A stretch of 56,661 nt of DNA, filler included, from Streblomastix strix (taxonomy: Eukaryota), in the NCBI GenBank assembly GCA_008636045.1. It is 3 parts of 3 records of this genome, joined end to end, with 100 filler letters (N's around TTAATTAATTAA, not from the genome) between each part and the next. Parts side by side here need not be neighbours in the genome. Positions count along the whole stretch, not along the records: positions 1 to 18,827 come from SNRW01000580.1; positions 18,928 to 37,748 come from SNRW01000581.1; 1 more part is not named here. The stretch is one strand, 5' to 3'. Positions 13,288 to 24,362 of the stretch are shown one piece after another. The notes beneath the pieces were generated by a model. That model ran no database searches and was not told the origin of the DNA. It saw only the letters and a list, made by a program, of their open reading frames with translations. Within the stretch, counting starts at the first letter, position 1; each line of letters opens with the position of its first letter. The position numbers and the translations under genes were made by a program.

Positions 13288-13701
13288 TGTACATACATAC
13301 GAAGTTGCCTACAAAATGATACAATTACATTCAGCAATTCAGCCAGCAGCACCAAATTTTGATTTTACCGTATTTGCGCGTTGTAGTTTCGCAATTTTTA
13401 TATGCATCACAATTTTAAGTGAATTTGCACATATATACGTAATTGCCTAAAAAATAATATATTTATACTCTATTATTTGCACAACTGCACCAAATTATAA
13501 TTTTACTGCATATGCACATTGTAGCTTCGCTTATTATTTATATATTACATTTTTAATGATATATGTACATAAATACGTAATTATCCACAAAATAATAAGA
13601 TTACACTCAATAATTTGGCCATATTCACCAAATTTTTATTTAACCACATTCGCAGATTGTGGTTTCGCGTGATGTTTATATGTCACATTTTTTATTAAAC
13701 T
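13288..13701. repeat. Diverged 138-bp tandem repeat, 3 copies
   Basis: Units start TGYACATAHATACG at 13288, 13426 and 13564 and share the CACCAAATT and TTGTRGYTTCGC blocks. Confidence 0.85.
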
Positions 13702-13759
13702 CATATATTATTTTATTTTAATTTTAAGAGTATGAATTAGTAACACAAAATCAGTTAAA

Positions 13760-15570
13760 AAGATTTTGAAGATTAGGATAATTGTTCAGAAAAATCAAGA
13801 AGAAGGAACTCAAAATCTATAGTTAATTTCAGATAAAAGAGATGAATGATCGAGGAGGATTTTGATGACCAGAATAAGTCTATAACTCCAATTTATCATG
13901 TTATTGAAACTTCCACTAATGATAAAGATAGTTACACCAATTCTTTATTATTACTTCCAAATTACAATGGACAAAAGGGCAGTTAAAATTTGAATGATAT
14001 TAGACCTTAAACTCATTTAAGAATAACGCTTATTAGGATGAAAATGATAATATTTACTTATTACGACACTAAATTGCAACAATTAAAATAAAAAAATGTA
14101 AATTTGAATGATGCTAGACCTAAATAACCATAAAATATTAATGGTTAAGATGGAGAAGGTGGAAATAATAACTTATGACGACCATCAAATTTCAATAAAT
14201 AAAACATAAATGAAAATTTAATTGATATCTGATATTAAACTGAATAAAATATTGCAAACTTAAAAAGTATTTAATATCGATCTAAGTATAATTTACGAAC
14301 AAATGCGAGAAAGTTAAAGAACAAAGAAATAGAATATTTGTAACTTTAATTAAAACAAAAAAGGAACAGTAGCATGTTGCATAATTGCGGTCAATCCAAC
14401 ATAAAATGCAGCGCATGCGGGGCTTTACATTTTAGTTCCTAAATAATTAGAGAAAATTCAACATTTAATGATTATTGTAATCATGAAAAAGACAAAAGTA
14501 CTCCGGTCGATGAATTAAATGGAATAATGAAATATATATTCAATAAAGTTCATCCCAAGTTTTTGAATTTTATGGAGTATATCAGAAACTACAATTCAGC
14601 GCTTGCGAGTGCGGCACTTCGTGGAGATATTTAAGTGATTCCTGGGTGAAGTCCTTATATATTACGATTTCAAGGAATTCCATTGGTGCAAGTAGGTCCA
14701 TTATATCTTGAGAAAAATAATCCATCTTATGCATAATTGAATATAGTTGACGCCAGAGAAACATACACAAGAAGAAATACCAACAAAGCAAATGAATAAT
14801 GTGATAAGGAACTAATGTATTTATTGAGCCAATAGATAGAAGATAATAATCCAAATGCAGTGAGTTTTTGATCAATGAGAAATAAATTAGTTAAAAAGAA
14901 TGAAGCGGCACAAAATGAAGGAAGGGCAATTTAAGATCTTTATTTATATTTCATGAAAAAGGGACTGGGCTTACTGAGAATGTGCATTCATTACCTTCAG
15001 CGGATGAAATTGCAGCTGTTTGCGCCTCTATATATGAAGGAGAGTTTTAAGATGTATCATACGTTTCATTTCAAAAGCATGGAGGGTTAAACTATTTAAA
15101 TGTAACAGATCCAACAAGAGATGGCATGGTTTTTCTTGTGTCGTTCCCTGAAGCAGTTAGGAGTTGGAGTTGCAACGATTAAAAGAAAATCTTAGATAAT
15201 TGACATGCTAATCAATAGTAAGAAGAAGAAAATTTAGATCTTAATGAAATCAATGAAGAAAATGAAGATTTTCCAAATTAGCCAATCGATACAAATTTGA
15301 AGAAAAATATTTCATAAAGCGAATATTACTGATATAGAATTGCTAGAAGAGCAAACTTCTCATCACTACATCTCTCCAATAAGCTTTTCTAAGAAAATTT
15401 AATATATGCTGCTTTATCTGTAGTTTCTTCCAAACTAAACTTGGTAAATAATCATCAATAAACTCTAAGAGTTGAAAAGTATAAAGGGCTAAGAAACTAC
15501 ATCAACCGATTAATTATTTAAGAAGGAGTACTGTCAGGGGAAAGATTCGTACTTCCTAGTTGATTTAAGG
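13760..15570 (+). mobile_element. Decayed Helitron Rep/helicase ORF, N-terminal part only
   Basis: Helitron motifs in the expected order: Zn-finger KCSACGALHF (~14404), FMEYIRNYNSALAS, PY..RFQG...GPLYLEKNNPSYAQLNIVD, LPSADEIAAV, DPTRDGMVFLVSFP, EYY*YRIARR...KLFQ, HQQTLRVEKYKGL, GERFVLPS*F. Multiple TGA stops and frameshifts. Truncated before the Rep catalytic and PIF1 helicase domains; 5' boundary approximate. Confidence 0.9.
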
Positions 15571-15574
15571 AGAA

Positions 15575-15892
15575 TGTGATAAATTTTGCTTAACATTAAT
15601 TAATAATTTTACCAGTAATGATGGGTAATAAAAATGTCTTTACTGCTGTTGTAATTTAATCAGTACTTTATGTTACAAATTTAGTTAAATCAACTTTGAT
15701 TTATTTGAAAAATTGGCTTAAATAATTAAAGTATTTTATTATCTCTGAATCAATAATTTAAAATAAATTATTCCTATCGTTTATATATTTTTATTACTCT
15801 TCCTATTATTATATTATTTTATTTGCATATTCTTACTAAATAGATTTTTCTTCTTCATCAATCATTTCTAAATCACTTAAGTTTTGATACAT
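15575..15892 (-). pseudogene. Truncated fiber-like ORF
   Basis: MYQNLSDLEMIDEEEK...DLTKFVTQSTDQITTAVKTF. The FVT.STDQ.IT..KTF motif recurs in the contig-2 fiber protein. Cut at the Helitron junction. Confidence 0.5.
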
Positions 15893-15917
15893 TTTTATTA
15901 CAAAAATAATAGGTTTT

Positions 15918-16481
15918 TCACTCATAATTACCATTCCTTAGTTTATTAATTGATATTTACATACATTTTTTATTAATATCATAAATATTAACAGTATCAT
16001 ATGGTAAATAGGAGTATTAATGAACCTCTAACTTTCTAAATTTAAGACTATTATGATAATAAACATTAAAATCTTAATTAAAACTGTATCCTTCAAAATC
16101 ATGTCCTTCATATATATTTAAACGTTGACTCCCTTTTGGTAAATCATCAAAATATTCAAATTTTTATCCACATCCAGTTTTATTTTTTCTATTTGTTTAA
16201 CATGTTAACCATCGTAAATTTTCCAATCAATTATCACTTTTTACTCTATTAATATTATCAATTTCTGGAAGATTATTAAGATTTGGTATAAATTACATAG
16301 CTAATATGCGATGTAAATAATAATACTTACTGTTTAAAGCAATTCCTTAATATCCTGTTGAGCTAATATTTATTATAAGAATATTTCCATTAGAAATTTT
16401 CCATATTGTATATAGTTAATCAGCAAGTATCTCATAATCGTCTTGAGCAATTAAGGTTTCTCAATTGTTTTACTCTGCCAT
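15918..16481 (-). pseudogene. HNH homing-type endonuclease (NUMOD4/HNH_3-like), disrupted
   Basis: MAEQNN*ETLIAQDDYEI...YLHRILAMQFIPNLNNLPEIDNINRVKSDN*LENLRWLT. This is the HR..A..FIPN...LP.VDH.N....DN...NL.W signature, with two TGA and a frameshift. Confidence 0.85.
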
Positions 16482-16507
16482 TTATTAAACAAGTAAAAAT
16501 AAATTAA

Positions 16508-17141
16508 TCAAAAACCGTTATCTGTAATATCTAACTCTAGTGCATCATTTAATCGGATTAAATCGCAATTAACTCGAAACAGTTTCTAAATAGAACTGAA
16601 CATGACATTATCTAATATTTTAACTGATTCATTTTTGATCAAAATATCTTGTATGAGGTTATATTATTGCTTCTTTTAATACAATCTCTACTTCTTATTC
16701 ATCATTCTAGGTAATCAAATTCCAAAATTTAATGACGTTATTTGATGAGAATATGAAATCATCACCTCGTTAACGATATATAATCGTACGCTATACAACG
16801 TCAATGACGAATTTTAAAACTATCATATTTGGATGGGAAAGATATTATAATTTAGGTTATTCTTCTGCTATTTATTTTATTGTTTCTTCTGGTTCAATCT
16901 GAGCAGTTGTTCTATCCACTTTCTAATATTTATTAACTTTATATTTCTTATAGGATATGGTTGTTTATGATTCATTTACAACATCCAATTATTCTTTTGA
17001 TTTAGCATTTATGCCAGAACTTTCAGTTTTAATCGTTTAATCGATCGTTGGCATTGATTTAATCCTGTTAATTGCATCATCGATCAATTGCAATCTTATT
17101 TTTTCTTCATCTGTTAATTCTTTACGTTTAATTTTTGATAA
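16508..17141 (-). pseudogene. Hypothetical virus-like ORF, frameshifted
   Basis: SKIKRKELTDEEKIRLQLIDDAINRIKSMP...LNDALELDITDNGF*. Start codon lost; lies directly upstream of the HNH gene. Confidence 0.45.
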
Positions 17142-18827
17142 TTATTTTTATAAAATTTTTGATAAATTAATTATTTTATCACAATTATACAATTACTGTT
17201 CAAAAAAATAACTTATTGATTGAGATTGTTAAATTGCAAAATTCGATACTATGCATATTCGTGTATATAAATTTCTAAAGAATTTTCATCTATGGTTGAT
17301 GTTCTTTTGGAATATGATAGAATATGAATGTAAAAATAGTAATGAATAGAAAAAATTAATGAAATCATGGTTCATCAGTACCTTCCAGATCAGTCATTAG
17401 AAAAATTTATACCTTAAATGCTATTTTTTTCATATAATTATAAAATTTAATAGAACAGATATGAGCTCAAGTTAGATATATTTTACTTATATATACATAT
17501 ATAATATACATACATAATATTAATATTATATTATCTCATCTGAATCTTTAGAAAAATTTTCTTCATTTGATATTTTCATCATGCTGTATAATATTATTAT
17601 TATAATAATTTCAATCGTTATTAAATCAATAATTTTTTTCAATTGATTTATAATTATTTTATAATAATTTATTCATTGAAATTGGAAGAGTATCAATTTA
17701 CTGTTACTTAAGAATTTTGATACATAATTCCAAAACAAGATAATAATTTAATATTAAATATAATTAAATATTTAATAATTAAATAATTTAAATTAAATTA
17801 TTATAATATAAAGTTATATGATATCAAAAATCATATATACGTCCGAAATAAATAAGCTTATCAAAATTAAATAAATAAATTAAGCTAGATTTATAATGGT
17901 TTAATTGATGATCAGTTTTTAACATTAATAAACTTCATCATTTATTTTTCATTATATAATTTTATTATGATCTAATTTCCATCGAAAGTTTTAACATAGC
18001 GGTAGTCAAACATATCACCTATCACAACTCACAATTCGTTCAATTAACGAACTTAATCGAAAATATGATAAGTTTCGATTTTAGAACTATATATATTACT
18101 TTTATCGTATTTATTAATGCATTATTTGATAGAAGTATTTTTATATTTATTTATCTATTTATATTAAAAGTTTTTATTTAGATATTTTGTGATAGAATTA
18201 TAATATTAATTATTTTGGTCAACCATTTTATATTTCATAACGTAGCAACTATATTATTAGTTTAATCATCAGTTAGAATTTTAGGTTAACGTGATTTGGA
18301 TCATTTCAGATAACAATCTTGGATTAAATCTTTCAGTAATGGACTTTGACGAATAGGAGCAATTGATTTTTTTATTCAATTAATTTTTGAAAAAAAATCA
18401 TATGAATTGATATCTTTTTTTATTTAAATCGTCTTCATAATAAATTTTATTTTTCACTTTTATATTTATCAGCTATGCATCGACTAAGAAAATATTCACT
18501 AAACAACAGAAAAATGAATATAACCAATATATTGCACTAAAAAATTACTCAATTGTTACAATATAATCTATATCATAATAAAAATAAAAGTTCAATTTAA
18601 GACATATTATTTCAAGCAGAATTTTTTTTAGCAAAATCAAATTTGTTCGTATGGGTTAATATAACTGTGGATGAACTAACAATTGATTTATTTATATTTT
18701 CAATGATATTAATGGAATAATCAATAAGATTGTGATTTTTGAGCACAATTTCTTCTTTCTGCGATTAATTTTTTTTAAAAATAAAAAATTTCTTTTAAAG
18801 TTGCATATTTTTTAATAAATAGATTTT

Positions 18828-18927
18828 NNNNNNNNNNNNNNNNNNNNNNNNNNNNNNNNNNNNNNNNNNNNTTAATTAATTAANNNNNNNNNNNNNNNNN
18901 NNNNNNNNNNNNNNNNNNNNNNNNNNN
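18828..18927. other. Artificial contig linker (44 N + TTAATTAATTAA + 44 N)
   Basis: Exactly 100 bp with an all-frame stop linker; identical to 37749-37848. Confidence 0.98.
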
Positions 18928-18972
18928 GTAGTATAATATAGCAATGATGGAACAAAAATAAACATACTAAAC

Positions 18973-19308
18973 TCATGAAATTTCATCAATTGAAATAACT
19001 TTCTTATCTATTAATACACTAATTAATTTATCTAATTAATTATTCAAAGAGTCAGAATGCCAAGCATTATCATTTTCAATTATGCTATTATTTTTATCAC
19101 GACTTTTTCTCAAAGAGATTGCGCCTTAGAGTTTAGTAATACAAAACCCTTTGACTTTAAATGTCTTATTTAATTTTTATGTAGTCATTTAGTCCATTGA
19201 TTCCTTATTCAATACAAGATACTATTTGAATTCATCAACTGTATCAAATGTTACAAACTCAGGCAAATACTTCTCTAAAATCTTCAATTATTGTAGATTG
19301 TTGTTCAT
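18973..19308 (-). pseudogene. Small Maverick-associated hypothetical protein
   Basis: MNNNLQQLKILEKYLPEFVTFDTVDEFKQYLVLNKESMDQMTTQKLNKTFKVKGFCITKLQGAISLRK followed by a frameshift. Resembles small ORFs of parabasalid Mavericks (recollection, not searched). Confidence 0.55.
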
Positions 19309-19382
19309 TTTATTAACTTCCTTCTATTTACTGTCAAATATTACTAGACTCGTTTTATTTGAAACAAAATCATAATGTTTAA

Positions 19383-19754
19383 TCAAAATTCAAAATAGAT
19401 TTCAAGTACAAATGATATGTTATTTTAATCAACAAATTCACTAACAATATTCTTAAACCAAAATTATGTACTTCTATCATGATTTAGTTGATTAAAGTGT
19501 TTATCTGTACATTTTTCATCACATCTACTTATATACTAATCATTATCTTAATCTTCTTATACAAATGATGCATGTAAATAAAGATCTTAATCAATTAATT
19601 GCTTATTTGTTCTACATTATTCAAAAATATTCTCTCTATTATTTTTCGATGTGACAAATTCTACAGGCAGTTGAAACTGGTTAATCCCTTCATCTGTTTG
19701 TACGGTTGAATTTTAAGTTAATATCATCCGTTTTCTGTTAAGTTATGAGACCAT
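19383..19754 (-). CDS. Putative minor capsid (penton-like) protein, 123 aa
   Basis: Intact ORF: MVSQLNRKRMILTQ...FQLPVEFVTSKNNR...LYLHASFVQ...TQFWFKNIVSEFVDQNNISFVLEIYFEF*. All-beta pattern ending in a hydrophobic strand, as in polinton/virophage minor capsid proteins; near the MCP gene. Confidence 0.5.
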
Positions 19755-20109
19755 TTTTATATCCAAAAATAAACAACAAAGTTGTCTGGTATAAATGCTA
19801 AATTCAATGATTGAACTATTCTTCTTTTTCAAGATATGCATCAGCTATGCGTATTAAACCTCTCACATAATCTAGCACTGTATATAAATTTTATGCGTAT
19901 TTTTTTTTAATTTTGCATTAAAATCTTAAAGTTCTTTAGTCTTTTATCAATGTGTATTCAGTAGTTATGTTTATAGTTGTGTATGTAACTCATATGTTTA
20001 TTGTTCCATTTTAGATTAGATAAAAATAATTACTTTATTTAATAAAGCAGGCAATAAAATTGCTTATTAATCAAAGAGTATAATTAACAGAGTTCAGAAT
20101 CTACGATTA

Positions 20110-20397
20110 TCACAAATCATTCTCAACTTCATATTATAGATATCTTTATTCTTCAAATTCATATGCTACTCTAGCATTATGTAACTTACATTAATCATTA
20201 CTAAGTTATTTCATTTATTTAATATACTTATATTTATCACTATCAATCTTAATTTTATCTTTGTAATCAGTGATTTGGTCATCTGTTAAGAATAATTAGC
20301 AACTATTTATCCAAAACTTTTCATAATTAACATATGGGATATTACTTGTCAATGTTATCTCATTTTCATTATTTGTATATATTATCTTATAATCCAT
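20110..20397 (-). CDS. Hypothetical viral protein (~95 aa)
   Basis: MDYKIIYTNNENEITLTSNIPYVNYEKFW...YNEVENDL*, preceded by a TAAAATG start context. Confidence 0.5.
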
Positions 20398-20440
20398 TTT
20401 ATTAGATAAATAAATAAAAAATAATTATTAAATTAATTTT

Positions 20441-22150
20441 TCATCCTTCAATCTAACTTATCACTTTATCAAATGTTTTATTAACATCATAAACGCATGA
20501 GCCTCCATTAGCAGGTCCAAACAGCCAGAATGTATCATGTATAGTGCATAGAATTGGAGTAGGTGGTCTTTTACCCATTAGATCAACATTATTATAACAA
20601 TCTATATCACCTTAATAAATTTGTGCTCCTCATAATTCAACTGATACATTTTAATTCTGAGTGTATAATCCTTCAAATGTTAGTGCACCATTACTATTAC
20701 GTTCACATTATAGAGTGATCATGAAAGAAGTAAGATCAGTGTGAGGATTCAATCTCATTGAAGCTGTATTTCTTGGTGTTGTCAAAGCATCTTCGAATTC
20801 ATCAGTTGCTTCGAATTACAGATCTTGATTACTTGCATTCAATTACATTTAGAAGAATTATTAATCTAGTGTATTCATTGGCATACCCTGGAAATTTCTT
20901 CAACATGTAGTAACTTACATATTATGATAGCATGGATTTTCATAACAAGTTATTGCTCTAGCATCTTTAGGAAAAAGCAAGCATAAGTCAGTTACATGAG
21001 AAAATGGAATATTTTATGATGTTCTAATTCCTGTTTAGTAGTACTTGTTAGAAATGACCATGTTTCAACTCTCTGTGAAGGTACAACAAATGGTCTATTA
21101 GCATAGAATTCACGCACTCTTTATAAACATTCATCTGTTGTCTTATATATTCTTATATTTGCTGTCAATTTAGTTACAACGTAATTTTTTATTGATAATG
21201 TCACTGGACTAATACTACACATCAAATTCTTCAATCCACTATCTATTATTTGTTCAATACTTATTTTTGTAATAAGATCTGCAATACGTCCCATTTGAGT
21301 AAATTACTTAGTATATTGATAATCCAAACTCCAATTTCTGAAGAAAAGATCAATATTCAATTTGTCCGGTCCGCTTGCCATGAGATCAGTCTTATTCATA
21401 GTGTAGTATTTAACCGTACTGATAATTGGATTCATTTAGGCTAATACGAATGCGTTGGTGTTAATTTTAAATTTAATTTTCAAATCATCGAATAGTGAAT
21501 TAGGACAGTCAGTAAACCCACTAAATACAAGGATATCATCTAACGGAATTGATAATCAAAATCTTATAGGTATAGTATACGGTACAGAAACTTAATCTTT
21601 AATATCATCTTCAATCTCTCTTATTGCTACATAAGTTCCACAAGCTGATATGTCATTTTTGCGTATATTTTCATACAGTGAATGAATGTGTTTTCTATTA
21701 TTTTTCTCATTTCGCGGTTTAATAGTGTTATAGATAAATTATTCGGTAGTTGAATCATTCTACAACGTTCAATCAATAGTACTACCCCTATGATAAATAG
21801 TGTATTCTCTTATAACTTAACTAGCTGATTTTAGTCCAATGAACAATACTGTTCCATCTTTATAAGCCTCTTCAAATCCTTCAAATTTGTAGTCAAACTG
21901 AACATTAGCTGTGAGTACTATTGAAAGAAATGATTTCTAAATTAATGTTACATCGTGATCAGTGTCAGATAAACTAATTAAAATTTCCTTATCGAATAAT
22001 ACAAACATTTAGCTCTCCGGTTTTATTACTTTGATTGAATCTTGGTGTTCTCCATCATTTCTAAATGCAACAACAGAATTACTTTTTAATGTTGCTTCGA
22101 TAGTCCCGAGTTATTGCAAATGCATTGACTTATTAAGAAAACAGTTCAAT
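20441..22150 (-). pseudogene. Putative major capsid protein (Maverick/Polinton type, ~560 aa), disrupted
   Basis: LFIGLKSASQVIREYTIYHRG...EQFIYNTIKPRNEK..RKHIHSLYE...ACGTY...SIPLDDILVFSGF..PNSLF.DLKIKF...FVVPSQRVE...LLFPKD...ERNSNGALTFEGL...PILCTIHDTFWLF. Beta-rich, capsid-sized and similar to Trichomonas Maverick MCP-family sequences as I recall them. Four in-frame TGA and at least one frameshift. Confidence 0.7.
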
Positions 22151-22214
22151 TTTATATTTGAAGCAAAAATAAACTAATCATATGCAGTAAGTTAAACTTT
22201 GAATTGAAATATTT

Positions 22215-22622
22215 TCAAAAATCTTCTTTACCAATTTCTTGAATAATATATTGTGATCCATTTATAGCTTAATTACTTGGAATCCCAAGATTAGTTCCCA
22301 TAACCCTATTTGTATTTCTTGAGACATTCGGATTAAGTCTTATGTATCTATTATTTCCAATTGATTATCTTACTCTAGGTTCATCAATGAAATTCCCTAC
22401 ATCTTCTCTAAAATTTGTCATGTTCGTCACTTTGTCTTAACTATTATTTGCATATATTAAATCTAAACCACTTTACACAACTTATAAACCTCTACTTACT
22501 ATAGGTGGAGCGAGGGTATCGATATATGGTTTAAGGGGTTTATATATATGTGAGCCAACCCAGCTAGCTCCTTATCCAAATTTTTGTGCTATCTATTTGA
22601 ATTTTTGAAAGATTCCAGCCAT
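22215..22622 (-). CDS. Small protein with N-terminal cationic amphipathic helix (candidate membrane-lytic virion protein), 135 aa
   Basis: Intact ORF beginning MAGIFQKFKQIAQKFGQGASWVGSHIYKPLKPYID, immediately upstream of the MCP gene. Confidence 0.65.
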
Positions 22623-22679
22623 TTCATTTACGAAAAATAAACATCATTAGAGGCTGAATCGTATTAACTAACAAATTAT

Positions 22680-24296
22680 TCAAACAAAGTAACACCCACT
22701 AATATATTAATTAACAAACTTATCTGCTTTTAATTCAGATGATATATGAATATGCCAGCGAGCAGGATTGTCCGTATCAGCAATCGTGAGATATGCGGAA
22801 GGAATATCTTGAATTGGATCAGTGTTGAAGTCATATAATATCATAACAGGAAACAATAATGTCCTTTTGGGATCTATTGACTAAATCATACTAAGTATAT
22901 ACAATTTAACTTAAATAAACCCTTTCTATCTCAAATGCATATTGAACATGACTAATTTATTAACAGTATCATCAATAATATAGATCTTAAAGGCATCTAA
23001 GTCATATGAAGTATAGGCTATTGCAAGTAATTAGTCTCTTGATACCTCTATTACTGTATATTATGGAAATACTGATAGTGGAATAGGCATTGGTGGTAGA
23101 ATATCATATTACATAATCACACTATCTATATGAGATATTGGTTGTCCATTTGATGTTATGTTATTCTAATTTTATTCATATTGTTATGAATCAATTAAAT
23201 AACTTCCACTAAATTCACATAAATCTATAGGATAATACCCAAATCCTTAATTCACAACATCATCTAGAGTGTCATTTCTATTAATCTATATCATACCAGC
23301 GAATAAGGTAAAGGAGGTCTTTATTGGGAAGAATTTAGCTAATCTAGGGTATAAATCAGAATCTATTGTTTTAAATACTTTGAATACTTTATTTACATGT
23401 TAACTGCTAACTTCAGCTTGGAAATTAAATGTACATATTGGACCTTCTTTAACAAAATATGCAGCTCTTAGGGGACTGAATGTATTATTATTCACTAATT
23501 TAGTATTGTTAATGAAATAGTTAGATAGTAAAACAGGAATACTTGGATCATAAGGTTGAACTTCATCACCTATTGCCTCCGTTTACTTCAATATAACATC
23601 TTATACCCATGAAAATGATTTCATTCCATCAATAACAGAATTGATATGCCAGTCATCAACAATATTTATCTTTCAATCACCATTTACATCATTAGTTGCT
23701 CTCTTTAATGGTTCATAATCCGTATAATAAACACCTGCAATTGCAATATGAGTATTACCTTTAATTGGAGTAACTTAATCAACATTTCCAATTGACAGAC
23801 CTAAATAATGTCCTTTTTCACTAATATATCCCATTACATTCTGTTTATGACCAACATCATCTCCTAATACTAATGCATGTTTGCTAAATGGCCACAATTC
23901 TTCAAGAAAGTTAGTGAACACAAAGCCCATGAAATCATTACATAGATACAGTCCATTGTTATATTCTACTTTGTTTCTCAACTTATAGAAATAGAAGTAT
24001 TCATCTGCTGGATTATACATTTATACATTAGCTGCTAATTAACTCTTAGGAATTTTAAATATTTTAACTTATTGTATTTCAATAGGTACAATAGGTTATG
24101 GAATTGGTAATATATTTAATTTATCATCATTATCTTTAACTTAATCTTGAAGATATTATAGTACAACAATGATTTGATTAGCTATTCCATCAACAATCGA
24201 TTTAGGCTCACATTCATGAATATAAGCTTATAATTCCGGGAATTATGATAGTCCTACAACATCCAATAATGCTTCATCAATGTATACATTGCTCAT
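22680..24296 (-). pseudogene. Putative receptor-binding protein with ~3 beta-head domains and a dockerin-like Ca-binding loop (538 aa, one internal TGA)
   Basis: Single frame from ATG 24296 to TGA 22680. Repeated head-like units (e.g. YFVKEGPICTFNF...LYP...FFP...GMIQIN...FSGSY). DVNGD*KINIVD at ~23655-23690. Confidence 0.6.
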
Positions 24297-24362
24297 TTTA
24301 TAGTCCAAAAATAATACGAAGTCTTATATCCTTTCAGGATTAATAGTAGTCGATCTACAAAA

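Larger units (their letters stand above)
15575..17141 (-). mobile_element. Relic of a Polinton-like/Maverick-type endogenous virus (3 compact intronless ORFs)
   Basis: Tightly packed, co-oriented ORFs including an HNH endonuclease and a fiber-motif ORF. The upstream TTATTTTT..AAATG motif is the same as in the contig-2 element. Confidence 0.55.

Noticed and set aside
13288..13701. CRISPR-like array
   Set aside because: Whole 138-bp units are homologous, there is no identical repeat with unique spacers, there are no cas genes, and the context is eukaryotic.
17150..18827. Short coding-like patches in a very AT-rich region
   Set aside because: Too degraded to assign a frame or family.
18828..18927. 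TTAATTAATTAA palindrome inside N runs (also 37749-37848), and apparent clustering of viral relics on both sides of the gap
   Set aside because: Artificial linker. The three contigs have descending near-equal lengths, indicating size-sorted concatenation, so no linkage can be inferred across the gaps.
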